A DNA stretch of 64,000 bases from an uncultured Nitrososphaerota archaeon (GCA_964518475.1 CAZFGR010000003.1:32001-96000), one strand, 5' to 3'; counted from the stretch's first letter, positions 48,625 through 58,552 are shown. Translations and numbers: made by a program. The notes: a model not told the origin generated them from the sequence alone.

Positions 48625-49026
48625 TTATTCTTCGCTTAGGAATGACTGGAGGTTGGAAATAATTACTCCCCTTGAAACCAGTATTAGGTTGTTAAATTCT
48701 CGTCCTTCCACTACACCAGAGAATTCTGAACCTATTAGAATTCCGTATGATAATCCGCAGTCTTCGACATCTCTTTCAGCCTTTAAAACAACGTTAACTC
48801 CGATAGGTCTTTTCCAATCTTTAACGATCACTCCAATGGTTTCTCCAGTTGTGTAATCCTTTATTATGAAGTCGAATTTTGTCTTTCGCTTACCATCAAG
48901 GGTTACTCTCTCAACATCTTCAAATATTTCAAACTTCTTACCAGAATTTTCTAAGAGTTTTTCTAAATAGATTTTTGCGAGTTTCTTTAGCGGGATCGTG
49001 TGTATATTCTCGAGCAAAAGAGTCAC
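48625..49026 (-). CDS. Mrr-like PD-(D/E)xK fold protein
   Basis: FDFIIK...GVIVKDWKRPIGVNVV...GILIGSEFS resembles Mrr_cat, but the ExK motif reads IVK. Confidence 0.65.
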   Translation of the reverse strand: MTLLLENIHTIPLKKLAKIYLEKLLENSGKKFEIFEDVERVTLDGKRKTKFDFIIKDYTTGETIGVIVKDWKRPIGVNVVLKAERDVEDCGLSYGILIGSEFSGVVEGREFNNLILVSRGVIISNLQSFLSEE

Positions 49027-49029
49027 CAG

Positions 49030-49260
49030 GAATAAAGGAATTCCTAGAAAGGGTAAACGTCCTTCTTTTTTGGGTATTACGCTGTTTAAAGTTTACGCTT
49101 TTAGTAGCGAAAATTTGAGCGAAAATTTTTCATTTAATTATTTAAACGGAAAATTTTATTTTTGGCATTTTTTAAGGGTCTTCCTACGTGTTACAAGAAT
49201 ATTTCCTCCGTTTTTAGTCTTTCTCCAGTCTACTTGAAGTAGGGTCTTACAATTGGAGAG
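49030..49260. other. Candidate replication origin (oriC) upstream of cdc6
   Basis: Non-coding gap directly before cdc6, with an AT-rich core (about 49110-49175) and only weak ORB-like words (e.g. CTCCAGTCTACTTGAAGTAGGG). Confidence 0.4.
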
Positions 49261-49269
49261 GGGCTTCTT

Positions 49270-50514
49270 GTGAGTGTTGATGAAGTTTTTGACAAATTAT
49301 TGAGCCGACAATCCTTATTCATTAATAAGAGAGTACTAAGTCATGATTATGTGCCAGAAACTTTACCCCATAGGGAAGAAGAAATTAAGAGGCTTGCATA
49401 CATTCTTGCATCAGCCCTTAAGGGAGGAAGGCCATCTAATGTTTTTATGTATGGAAAAACGGGGACTGGAAAAACGGCTGTTGCGAAGTATGTCTTAGGG
49501 AAACTCATTGAGAGAGGTGAGCGACTAGGTCTGCGATTTAACTATGCATACGTTAATTGTCGCTACCGAAAAACCAATTATAGAGTATTAGTCAGAATAT
49601 GTGAGGAATTAGGCTATCGAGGAATACCAGAGACTGGTTTGCCAACTGATGTGATTTTTGATAAAATTGTTAGATACATCGATGCGCAAAACCAGTTAGT
49701 AGTTATAATTTTAGACGAGCTAGACTGGCTTGTAAAGACTTCTGGAGACGACGTACTCTACCAACTTACTAGGATAAATAATGAACTCAACAATGCCCAA
49801 GTGTCGATAATCGGTATAACAAACGATATCAAGTTCAAGAATTATCTGGATGGAAGAGTATTGAGTAGTTTATCAGAGGAGAGCATAATTTTCAAGCCAT
49901 ACAACCCAGAGCAATTATATGATATTCTAAAACAGCGAGCACAAATGGCTTTTAGACCGGGAGTAGTGACGGAAGAGGCTTTGAGATTAGCAGCCGCTTA
50001 CGCGGGCCGAGAGCATGGAGATGCTCGTAGAGCTATAGATCTATTAAGAATTGCTGGAGAAATAGCTGAACGAGAAGGAGCATCAAAGGTTCTGGAAGAA
50101 CACATCATTAAGGCAGTTGATGAGGTTGACAAAGATATTATTGGAGCAACAATACGAGATCTTCCTCTTCAAGAGCAATTAGTGTTATTAGCGATCGCTA
50201 TTTTGGCAGCTCGTAACGAGCAACAGATTACAACTGGAAAAGTGAAAAGTATGTACGAAAAAATATGTAATACGCTGGGTTACTCACCCCTTTCCCTTAG
50301 GAGATTAAACGATATATTCTCGGATCTAGAAACTCTAGGAATAATTCTTGCTCCGGTGATAAGCCTAGGACGCTACGGAAGAACGAAACTAATCTCCCTA
50401 GAAGTTGATTTAAGATCGTTGCTGAAAATATTCATAGAAGATGAGCTTTATGCTAACGTACTTTCGGAAATGCTTGGTACTGGTATGCTAGAAAAAATAA
50501 TGGATAATAAATAA
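49270..50514 (+). CDS. cdc6: Orc1/Cdc6 replication initiator
   Basis: YVPETLPHRE, GKTGTGKT, VNC, ILDELD, GDARRAIDLLR, wHTH GRYGRT. Confidence 0.97.
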   Translation: MSVDEVFDKLLSRQSLFINKRVLSHDYVPETLPHREEEIKRLAYILASALKGGRPSNVFMYGKTGTGKTAVAKYVLGKLIERGERLGLRFNYAYVNCRYRKTNYRVLVRICEELGYRGIPETGLPTDVIFDKIVRYIDAQNQLVVIILDELDWLVKTSGDDVLYQLTRINNELNNAQVSIIGITNDIKFKNYLDGRVLSSLSEESIIFKPYNPEQLYDILKQRAQMAFRPGVVTEEALRLAAAYAGREHGDARRAIDLLRIAGEIAEREGASKVLEEHIIKAVDEVDKDIIGATIRDLPLQEQLVLLAIAILAARNEQQITTGKVKSMYEKICNTLGYSPLSLRRLNDIFSDLETLGIILAPVISLGRYGRTKLISLEVDLRSLLKIFIEDELYANVLSEMLGTGMLEKIMDNK

Positions 50515-50565
50515 TGGGTCAATACTGCCGAAAAGAACGAGTATCGGGAACGCCTTAGTTCACCA

Positions 50566-50898
50566 TTACAAAACTTCAATATTTTCTGGAGGAATCCCAA
50601 GTTTCTTTGTAAGGTACTCCTTCACCTTCTCTACATGGTCTCCTTGGAGAAGTATTATTGGACCAAATTTTTTATCTTGCTTATATGTACCGCCTGTTGC
50701 ACAGTACTTTTTCAAGTCTTTTGCAATTTGCTTGAGATCCACTGCCTTATCATCTAAGCCAGCAACTATTGTTACCACATGACGACGCTTTCTAGTTTCT
50801 AGTAGAATTTTTACTTTTTGACTCATTAGAGCTAGTTGTGTTTCAAAATCTAGAGGAGCTAAGCTAGAGATTTTCCTCTTTGCCATAGCTGTGACCAT
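50566..50898 (-). CDS. Translation initiation factor SUI1/aIF1
   Basis: VTIVAGL...LKKYCATGGT...LQGDH. Confidence 0.93.
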   Translation of the reverse strand: MVTAMAKRKISSLAPLDFETQLALMSQKVKILLETRKRRHVVTIVAGLDDKAVDLKQIAKDLKKYCATGGTYKQDKKFGPIILLQGDHVEKVKEYLTKKLGIPPENIEVL

Positions 50899-51065
50899 CC
50901 GAATATATAGGGATACGGAATTAGTTGTTCACATAGATTGTATTTATTCAATATAAAAACTAAACGTTCAGCCAATGAGCACCCGAACGTCCCTCATATA
51001 AGTGCCCTGTATATGGTGAGGTATCATATGGTTAACTTCCTAAGTAGATATCTATTTAGAGTGGG

Positions 51066-51431
51066 GTGAAGAGAATGCTTAAGAGAATCTTGAATACTAA
51101 GATACAAGGTTTAAGAGTGACAGGGAAAGATCTCCGATACCTAGGAAGCCTAACGATCGATAAGAATTTGCTGGAAATGGCAGGTATAGCACCTTATGAG
51201 ATCGTTTTAGTAGCTAATCTATCCAATGGCCAGCGCTTCGAAACGTACGTTATTCCTGGTAAAAAGGGCGAAGTTATTTTAAATGGAGCAGCAGCACGAC
51301 TTGGAGAGGTAGGAGATGAGCTGATTGTCTTTTCATTTGTATACGCTGATTTGAATGAAGTTAGTAAAGTAAAACCAAAGATCATTATTGTTAACGAAAA
51401 CAATGAGCCAGTTCAAGTTTTTCATTATTGA
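51066..51431 (+). CDS. panD: Pyruvoyl-dependent aspartate 1-decarboxylase (bacterial type)
   Basis: YLG-SLTID cleavage site, NGQRFETY, LNGAAAR. Confidence 0.93.
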   Translation: MKRMLKRILNTKIQGLRVTGKDLRYLGSLTIDKNLLEMAGIAPYEIVLVANLSNGQRFETYVIPGKKGEVILNGAAARLGEVGDELIVFSFVYADLNEVSKVKPKIIIVNENNEPVQVFHY

Positions 51432-51460
51432 ATAAATTAGATTCCTAGGTCGTGTAAACC

Positions 51461-52729
51461 ATGAGGTGGGAACATCCATCAAAAGATATCAAGGGTATGA
51501 AATCTTCGCGTTTAAAAGATAAAGAAGTAATCTTAGCAGTTACAAGTAGTGCAGCCATATATAAGGCAATCGATTTGGCGAGAGAACTAATGAGACACGG
51601 AGCAGAAGTACATGTAATTATGTCTCCAGAAGCTAAGAAATTGATATCCCCTGACATGTTTTATTGGGCTACAGGAAACCCGGTCATTACAGAGCTATCA
51701 GGAGCTATTGAACACATAATGATTACTCAGAAACCAGAAAATAAAGTTATTGTAGTGGCACCAGCAACGGCTAATTCCATTGTTAAAATAGCAATGGGGA
51801 TTGCTGATAACGCATTATTGACGACAGTATTGTCTGGAATGGGTCTTAATATACCCGTTATTATAGTCCCAGCAATGCACCTTAGTCTATGGAACGCATC
51901 ACAAGTGCAAGAGAGTGTCTCTAAGCTTATTAGAAAGGGGATCGTGATAGTGAACCCTGTTAGTGAAGAAGGAAAAGCAAAATTTCCATCAGTCGAGGAA
52001 ATTGTGGAGTATGTATTTAAGGCTGTAAGCAAGAAACCGCTTAAAGGAAAAAAAGTATTAGTCACCGGAGGGGCTACTAAAATCTTCATTGATCGTATAA
52101 GATTTATTTCAAATCCAAGTAGCGGCAAAATGGGATTGGCATTAGCTCTAGAGGCTTGGATAAGAGGAGCGGAAACGACAGTAATAATTGCTAAGGATTC
52201 TCTAAAATACGCCATTTTACCACGAGAAATAACGGTGAAAACGTTTGAGACCTATGATGAAGCAAAAGAATTAATACTTAAACACATAGACAGTGTTGAC
52301 GTTTTTCTTCATGCAGCAGCGATTAGTGATTTTAAGCCACGAAGCACTTATGAGGGAAAAATAGAGTCGGAGCACGCTCTGAGATTAGAGCTTGTACCAA
52401 CGGAGAAAATTATAGAGCTTGCAAGAGATCGAAATAGAAATGCTATTTTTGTGGCTTTTAAGGCCGAGTGGAGACTATCTAAGGAGAGACTAATAGAGGC
52501 TGGAAGAGAATACCTAAACAAAGGCATCGCTGATATCGTTGCTGTAAATGATGTGAGTAAAGGGATTTTTGGCTCCGACAATACAGAGGTTGTATTAGTT
52601 TCTCGAGAAGAAAAGAGAGAAATTGTAATGGAGCTAAAAGGGAGCAAAAGAGAAGTTGCTGGTCACATCTTGGATTATGTTTCTAAGATTTTAGAGCATA
52701 GAGATAATGTAGAAAGAGAGTCATCCTAA
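51461..52729 (+). CDS. coaBC: Bifunctional phosphopantothenoylcysteine decarboxylase/synthetase
   Basis: APATAN, PAMH, VLVTGG, RFISNPSSGKMG, AAAISDF, FKAE. Confidence 0.95.
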   Translation: MRWEHPSKDIKGMKSSRLKDKEVILAVTSSAAIYKAIDLARELMRHGAEVHVIMSPEAKKLISPDMFYWATGNPVITELSGAIEHIMITQKPENKVIVVAPATANSIVKIAMGIADNALLTTVLSGMGLNIPVIIVPAMHLSLWNASQVQESVSKLIRKGIVIVNPVSEEGKAKFPSVEEIVEYVFKAVSKKPLKGKKVLVTGGATKIFIDRIRFISNPSSGKMGLALALEAWIRGAETTVIIAKDSLKYAILPREITVKTFETYDEAKELILKHIDSVDVFLHAAAISDFKPRSTYEGKIESEHALRLELVPTEKIIELARDRNRNAIFVAFKAEWRLSKERLIEAGREYLNKGIADIVAVNDVSKGIFGSDNTEVVLVSREEKREIVMELKGSKREVAGHILDYVSKILEHRDNVERESS

Positions 52730-52763
52730 GAAGCTCTAAAAGACTCAGATCTGGGAATGTGCA

Positions 52764-53669
52764 ATGATTATCGCAGTACCAGCGCATATTACTGGTTTTT
52801 TTCTCCCAGTGATAAAGAGCGTAGAGTTAGAAGCGGGTTCTCTTGGAGCGGGTTTCTCTATAAATAGATATGTTTTCACTAGTATCTCTATAAAGAAAGC
52901 GGGAAGCAATAAGATACAGATTTTTTTCAATGGTAAGGATCAAACTAGAACTGCGATAACTTCAGAATTAGCTGCCAAGCTTATTCTGGAGAAAGCAGAG
53001 ATAAGAAACATAGAAATCACGATTTTTCATAGTTTTCAAGTACCTATAGGTTGTGGATTAAGTAGTAGTGGAGCTGGAGCTCTAGGAACAGTATTCGCAA
53101 TAAATGAAGCCCTAGATCTTGGTTTTTCAAGAGAGGAATTAGCTAAAATAGCTCATATTGCAGAAGTTAAGCGAAAAACTGGGCTTGGTAGTGTTATTGC
53201 TCAATATGATGGGATGTTTGAAATTAGAGTAAGAGAGGGAGGACCAGGCATTGGACGAGTAGTTAGAATTCCGCGAGAGGGAGAAGTTCTAATAATCGTT
53301 TGGGGGCCTATCGAAACACCCACTATTCTGTCATCAAGAAATTACATAGAACGAATAAAGAATGCTTTTGGAGTAAAAATAGGAAAATTACTTAAACATC
53401 CGACATTAATTGAGTTCGCCCGACTATCATTCGATTTTGCCAAGAAGTCTGGATTAATAAATGATTACCTCCATAGAATTCTGGAAGAGCTAGGGAATAT
53501 GGGCTACTACGGGTCAATGTTAATGATTGGTAGAGGAATTTTCCTAGTGAGTGAGGATGGTTTTTCGAAAAATGATGTTAAGAAGATTTCAAGAAAGATA
53601 GAATTAGGAAATGCTACTTACTTTACTATAGCTAGACTTGATAATTTTGGGGTGAGAATCATTGAATGA
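52764..53669 (+). CDS. Pantoate kinase (GHMP family)
   Basis: VPAHITGFF, GSLGAG, PIGCGLSSSGAG, AHIAEV...TGLGSV. Confidence 0.92.
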   Translation: MIIAVPAHITGFFLPVIKSVELEAGSLGAGFSINRYVFTSISIKKAGSNKIQIFFNGKDQTRTAITSELAAKLILEKAEIRNIEITIFHSFQVPIGCGLSSSGAGALGTVFAINEALDLGFSREELAKIAHIAEVKRKTGLGSVIAQYDGMFEIRVREGGPGIGRVVRIPREGEVLIIVWGPIETPTILSSRNYIERIKNAFGVKIGKLLKHPTLIEFARLSFDFAKKSGLINDYLHRILEELGNMGYYGSMLMIGRGIFLVSEDGFSKNDVKKISRKIELGNATYFTIARLDNFGVRIIE

Positions 53670-54489
53670 AGAAAATAGTGAAGAAATAGTGATTCCAGAG
53701 TCGCATCCTAGAGCTTTTTCATTACGATATCGAGAGCGTCTTATTCAGGGATACAAAAAGGGAGTTGTAGCTACAGCTGGATTGATTGCACACGGAAGAG
53801 GCGAAGCCTTTGATTATCTCTTGGGCGAAAAAACCCATGAGTTCGCTAGAAAAGCTATGAGAGCTGCTGTAGCACTTTTTTTAGTATCTAAGAACCCAGT
53901 TTTTTCAGTTAATGGCAATGTTGCTGCTTTAGTTCCTAGGGAATATGTTGAATTAGCGAAGATTGTTGGAGCTAAATTAGAAGTCAATCTCTTTTATAGG
54001 ACGAAAAAGAGAGAAGAGGCTATACGTGAGGTTCTAATAGACGCTGGTGCAGATGAAGTGTTAGGAGTAGATGATGAGTATAAAACCGAGATTCCCGAAA
54101 TAGAGCATCTTAGAAGATATGTAGATAAAAGGGGAATCTACATAGCTGATACGGTCTTTGTTCCATTGGAGGACGGAGATCGTACAATAGCTCTTAGAAA
54201 ACTTGGGAAAAATGTTGTTGCGATAGATTTGAATCCTCTTTCTAGAACAGCTCAATGGGCCAATATAACAATCGTTGATAACATTGTTAGAGCATTACCT
54301 GAAATGATAAAAATAGCTAAAGAACTTAGAAAAAAGTCCCGAGAAGAATTACTAGAGATTCTCAAGAAATATGATAACACTCAAATTCTCCGAGAAGCGT
54401 TTCAAGCTATAAAAGAAAACCTTGAGAAATGGAGTAAAAAAGGAGTAGTAATTGAGGATGTCCTCCGTTTACCAAAATTTGTCCTTTAG
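53662..54489 (+). CDS. 4-phosphopantoate--beta-alanine ligase (PPS)
   Basis: IPESHPR, GLIAHGRGEAFDYL, SVNGN, VPLEDGDR, IDLNPLSRT. Confidence 0.96.
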   Translation: MNEENSEEIVIPESHPRAFSLRYRERLIQGYKKGVVATAGLIAHGRGEAFDYLLGEKTHEFARKAMRAAVALFLVSKNPVFSVNGNVAALVPREYVELAKIVGAKLEVNLFYRTKKREEAIREVLIDAGADEVLGVDDEYKTEIPEIEHLRRYVDKRGIYIADTVFVPLEDGDRTIALRKLGKNVVAIDLNPLSRTAQWANITIVDNIVRALPEMIKIAKELRKKSREELLEILKKYDNTQILREAFQAIKENLEKWSKKGVVIEDVLRLPKFVL

Positions 54490-54496
54490 GAGTCTC

Positions 54497-55369
54497 TCAT
54501 AGTTCCCTAAGATAATCTACGACCTCAGTAGGTAATCTTGCCACTGGAACACCAGCTTCATTGAATGCTCTTATCTTTGTTTCTGGACGACCAATATCTC
54601 CTAGGACGATTGCTCCTGCATGACCAAAGGATACACCCGTCCGCATTGTTGCATGTTTTCCAGCGATGTACGCCACTACCGGCTTTGTTATCTCTCCACG
54701 CTTTATCAACTCTGCTGCTTTTTCTTCTTCTACTCCTCCAATTTCTCCAATTATAACGATTTTCTTAGTAGTAGGATCCTGTTCAAGCAATTTAAGAGCT
54801 TCGGGAATTGTTAAACCTTTTACTGGATCCCCACCAATGCCTATTACAACGCTTTGACCGAATCCCGCATCCGATAATGTTTTAGAGATTTCGTAAGTAA
54901 GTGTTCCGCTTCTAGAAATTACAGCAACGTTACCGGGCTTAAATACATGAGCCGGCATTATACCTATTTTTGCTTCTCCAGGTACGATTATTCCGGGACA
55001 GTTTGGGCCTATGATATAGACTCCCTTTTTCTTAGCAAGTCTTACCAATTCGAGCGTTGTCCATATAGGGATCCCCTCCGTTATCACTACGATTGGATTC
55101 AACTTGTAATGTATGGCCTCCATAATAGCCTCTTCAGCAAACTTTGCTGGAACGAAAACTATACTAGCATTAGCTTCGTGTTCCCTTAGGGCATCACCTA
55201 TAGAATCATAGACAGGTACGCCGTGGACTTCTTGACCACCTTTTCCGGGAGTTACTCCAGCCACAATTTTTGTTCCATATTCGAGCATAAGTTTCGTATG
55301 AAAAGATCCTTCCCTACCAGTTATTCCCTGAACAATTACCTTGGTATTCTTATTGATTAGTATTCCCAT
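54497..55369 (-). CDS. sucD: Succinyl-CoA synthetase alpha subunit
   Basis: QGITGREG, GVTPGKGG, GPNCPG, SRSGTLTYE, GHAGA. Confidence 0.96.
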   Translation of the reverse strand: MGILINKNTKVIVQGITGREGSFHTKLMLEYGTKIVAGVTPGKGGQEVHGVPVYDSIGDALREHEANASIVFVPAKFAEEAIMEAIHYKLNPIVVITEGIPIWTTLELVRLAKKKGVYIIGPNCPGIIVPGEAKIGIMPAHVFKPGNVAVISRSGTLTYEISKTLSDAGFGQSVVIGIGGDPVKGLTIPEALKLLEQDPTTKKIVIIGEIGGVEEEKAAELIKRGEITKPVVAYIAGKHATMRTGVSFGHAGAIVLGDIGRPETKIRAFNEAGVPVARLPTEVVDYLREL

Positions 55370-55370
55370 T

Positions 55371-56513
55371 TTAAGCTCCCTCCTTTGCTAATTCAACAGC
55401 CTTTTTAACGGCTTCAATCATATCTGTATACGCCTCAATACCAGCTTTTCTTAGCATTTCTCTCCCCAAATCCTCGTTAGTTCCAGTTAAACGTACCACT
55501 AAGGGAACCTTAACGTCTATTTTTTGCAATGCCTCTAAGATTCCCTGCGCTACAAGGTCGCATCGTGTTATTCCTCCAAAGATATTCATAAGAATCACCT
55601 TCACATTCCCAAGCTTAAGAAGAGTCTCTATTGCCGCAAATACCCTCTCAGGCCCAGCTCCTCCTCCTATATCCAAGAAGTTTGCGGGTTTTCCTCCAAA
55701 TTCTTTGACTAAATCCACAGTTGCCATGGTTAAACCAGCACCATTACCTATGATTCCTACGTCACCCTCTAGTACTACGAAGGAGATGCCTTTCTCTTTT
55801 GCTTTGTACTCTAAACTCTCTACTCCAGCTCGTGATTGTTTTAGAGAGTTTATCCATGGTTGTCTAAAGGCAGCGTTGTCGTCTGCCATCACTCTTGCGT
55901 CTAATGCGATGATATCTCCATCAGAAGTTTCGGCTAGGGGGTTTATTTCGGCTAGTAATAGATCTTTCTGTTTGAGGGCTAACCAGAGTTTATAGAAGAC
56001 ACTAGCAATTTTTAGGGCTTTTTTACCTTTTATCCCAAGGCGATTAACCATGTCTAAGGCAATGAATTGGGTCACACCAACATCGGGGTCAATATATTCT
56101 CGCACGATAGCCTCTGGGTTTGTTCTGGCTACTTCTTCGATATCTATTCCACCCTCAGTAGAGAAGAGAGCTATGATTTTCTTTTCGTAAAAATCAACCA
56201 TAAGGGACAAGTAGTATTCATGAGCGATATTCACTTTTTTCTCCACTAAGATGCGGGAGATTTTTTCGCCATGTAGGGTCATATGAAATAGTTCTTCAGC
56301 ATTTTTTCTGAGATCATCTGGGTTTTCGGCGAACCTTATAGCACCCGCCTTCCCTCTTCTTCCCCCTAGTATTTGGGGCTTAAGAACGACGGGATACCCA
56401 ATTTCTTCTGCTATGTTAAGAGCTTCTTCGACCGAAAAAGCAACTTTTCCTGGTGGTACTGGAATACCGAATTCAGAAAATATTTGTTTTCCTTCATGCT
56501 CGTACAAGAACAT
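55371..56513 (-). CDS. sucC: Succinyl-CoA synthetase beta subunit
   Basis: LYEHEGK, GRRGKAG, EINPL, GNGAGL, NFLDIGGGA, NIFGGITRCD, RLTGTN. Confidence 0.96.
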   Translation of the reverse strand: MFLYEHEGKQIFSEFGIPVPPGKVAFSVEEALNIAEEIGYPVVLKPQILGGRRGKAGAIRFAENPDDLRKNAEELFHMTLHGEKISRILVEKKVNIAHEYYLSLMVDFYEKKIIALFSTEGGIDIEEVARTNPEAIVREYIDPDVGVTQFIALDMVNRLGIKGKKALKIASVFYKLWLALKQKDLLLAEINPLAETSDGDIIALDARVMADDNAAFRQPWINSLKQSRAGVESLEYKAKEKGISFVVLEGDVGIIGNGAGLTMATVDLVKEFGGKPANFLDIGGGAGPERVFAAIETLLKLGNVKVILMNIFGGITRCDLVAQGILEALQKIDVKVPLVVRLTGTNEDLGREMLRKAGIEAYTDMIEAVKKAVELAKEGA

Positions 56514-56545
56514 ATTAATACACCATAAACAAAAGGTTATTGAAT

Positions 56546-56896
56546 TTAGCAATTAAGCTCATGTATAAGTAATACGTATAGTGGCAATTTCAAGGGTTCA
56601 GATGTTCTCTTTTTCTCGTATATTAATTTTTCACAAAATCTATACAGTCTCTTACGAGGATCTTTTAGAGGGCTTTCAGTAATTAGTTGCTCGTCTTCAG
56701 GCGGAACAATAAGAATCGTCTTCCCTTTAGCAAGAAAGTGCTCATATATTTTGGCAAATGTTGGATTCTTTCGAATGCATCTTTGTACATCTTCCTCGTC
56801 GGCGATTATTGCAAGTATCTGATAAGGCTTAAGAGTCTCATCAATATCCTTTTTAACGTGAAAGGTTTCAAGAGTATCAATGTGAATAATACCCAT
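56546..56896 (-). CDS. Hypothetical protein (about 116 aa)
   Basis: Non-overlapping part of ORF 56546..57091, starting at MGIIHID. Confidence 0.5.
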   Translation of the reverse strand: MGIIHIDTLETFHVKKDIDETLKPYQILAIIADEEDVQRCIRKNPTFAKIYEHFLAKGKTILIVPPEDEQLITESPLKDPRKRLYRFCEKLIYEKKRTSEPLKLPLYVLLIHELNC

Positions 56897-56921
56897 ATCA
56901 AGGCCTCGGGAGTGAGTCATA

Positions 56922-58532
56922 ATGGTTAAGTTCGAAGGCGTGGTAGAGTACATTTTGAGTAAAGAAGTTCCAGAAGATTTTAATGAGTTTTTCGAAAAAG
57001 ATCTTCTCGGAGAAATTAATGAAATATTGAAGAAAGGAGCTAGAAATAACCAAGAGGCAGCAAAGGTTCTAACTTTTGAAGTTTCAAACAATGTTATCCG
57101 GTTAAAGATAGAAAGTGGGAGCCGAGTTAGGCTTCATCATGCCGCTTTAAGAATAAAGAATTATCTAGCACCTATTCTCGGTAAGAAGTTCAAGATCGGG
57201 ATCAGAGAGATAGTATTAAAAGATGCAGTGATTATTCTTGACGGTTCTTTGAGAGTCTCAACAACTTTACCTTTCGTTAAAAGCGTTATAGTAAAGGATA
57301 ACAAGACCTTAGTTAACTTGGCGGAACTTACGGAAAGCGAGTTAAAGCGACCAATTATTGATAGGCTTCTTAAACTTCTTGATTATAAGGAAAAGAGAGC
57401 AAGATGGGGTGGAAAGATTGAGCATTGGCGCTTAATAAAACGAAGTTCGATGAAAGAACCGAAGTTTAGGGATGATCCTAATACTATTCTAGAAAAGATA
57501 GGGTGGGTTAAGAGATATTCTACGGGCCAATGGTTATACACCCCGCCTATAACACACCTTCTAAGGAAGTTTGAAGAGCTCTTTATTGAGACCGTGCTAA
57601 AGCCTCTAGGATTTGTAGAGGCAATATTTCCTAAGATGAATCCATTAGAGATAGGTTTAAAGACTGGTCATCTGAAGGGCACGCCTCACCAAATGTTTTT
57701 TGCAAGTCAACCCATTTCCTATAATTTAGAGGACTTTGACGAATGGGTTGATTATATCTCAGTACTAGAGGAGGCCGATCCAGAAATACTAAGAAGGCAC
57801 ATAAAGCCCCCCAATTATTTTGTTTGCTTTGCCCAGTGTGAACCATTTTACTGGTTCTTTGGAGGAGAAATCATTGACAAGAAGGAAATTCCGATAAAAT
57901 GGTTTGATAGATCAGGACCAAGTTTCAGATGGGAGTCGGGGGGTCTAAGGGGATTAGAAAGAGTTGTTGAGTTCCATAGGATCGAGATAGTATGGCTTGG
58001 AGAGCCCGAGCAAGTCATTAATATCAGGAATGAGTTACTTAAACGCTATGAATACTTCATGGATAAGGTACTCGATCTCGAATGGCGATGGGCTTGGGTA
58101 ACCCCCTTTTATCTTGTACATGCAGGAGAAATTGAAGAGGAAGAAGAAAAAGAAATTGACATAAATCAGCCAGGAACAATAGATTTCGAAGCATGGTTAC
58201 CTTATAAAGGGGACAGAGATGATCAACATGCTTGGCTCGAAATAGGCAATATATCCATTCATGGAACAAAGTATTCAGAACCGTTCAGAATAAAGCATCA
58301 ATTAAAGGATAAGATTATATGGACGGGATGTTCTGGCTTCGGCTTGCAGAGATGGTTCTTGGCATTTCTCGCTCAGAAGGGATTTGATCCGGATAACTGG
58401 CCAGAGGAGGTTCGAAAGAAGATAACGAGGCCACCACGAAGTGTTAGGATGGTTACATATCCGAAGGGTAGAGATAGTGAAAAATTATTAGATGAGATAG
58501 AATCCCTATTAAGTAAGTTACATCCTAGGTAA
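56922..58532 (+). CDS. serS: Seryl-tRNA synthetase, methanogen type (type 2)
   Basis: N-terminal ESGSRVRLHHAALRIKN..A..LGKK...GIR; FAQCEPF, RWESGG..GLERVVEF.RIE, WTGCSG.G..RW (Zn ligands Cys/Glu/Cys). Confidence 0.92.
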   Translation: MVKFEGVVEYILSKEVPEDFNEFFEKDLLGEINEILKKGARNNQEAAKVLTFEVSNNVIRLKIESGSRVRLHHAALRIKNYLAPILGKKFKIGIREIVLKDAVIILDGSLRVSTTLPFVKSVIVKDNKTLVNLAELTESELKRPIIDRLLKLLDYKEKRARWGGKIEHWRLIKRSSMKEPKFRDDPNTILEKIGWVKRYSTGQWLYTPPITHLLRKFEELFIETVLKPLGFVEAIFPKMNPLEIGLKTGHLKGTPHQMFFASQPISYNLEDFDEWVDYISVLEEADPEILRRHIKPPNYFVCFAQCEPFYWFFGGEIIDKKEIPIKWFDRSGPSFRWESGGLRGLERVVEFHRIEIVWLGEPEQVINIRNELLKRYEYFMDKVLDLEWRWAWVTPFYLVHAGEIEEEEEKEIDINQPGTIDFEAWLPYKGDRDDQHAWLEIGNISIHGTKYSEPFRIKHQLKDKIIWTGCSGFGLQRWFLAFLAQKGFDPDNWPEEVRKKITRPPRSVRMVTYPKGRDSEKLLDEIESLLSKLHPR

Positions 58533-58552
58533 AGTGAATAGGTGGATGCCTA

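Noticed and set aside
48879-49237. Two 79-aa plus-strand ORFs before cdc6
   Set aside because: Phe-rich translations of AT-rich or antisense DNA with no motifs.
51461-52729. CoaBC lacking the bacterial catalytic Cys motif, as another pseudo-enzyme
   Set aside because: The EEGKAK-type clamp without that Cys is normal for archaeal CoaBC.
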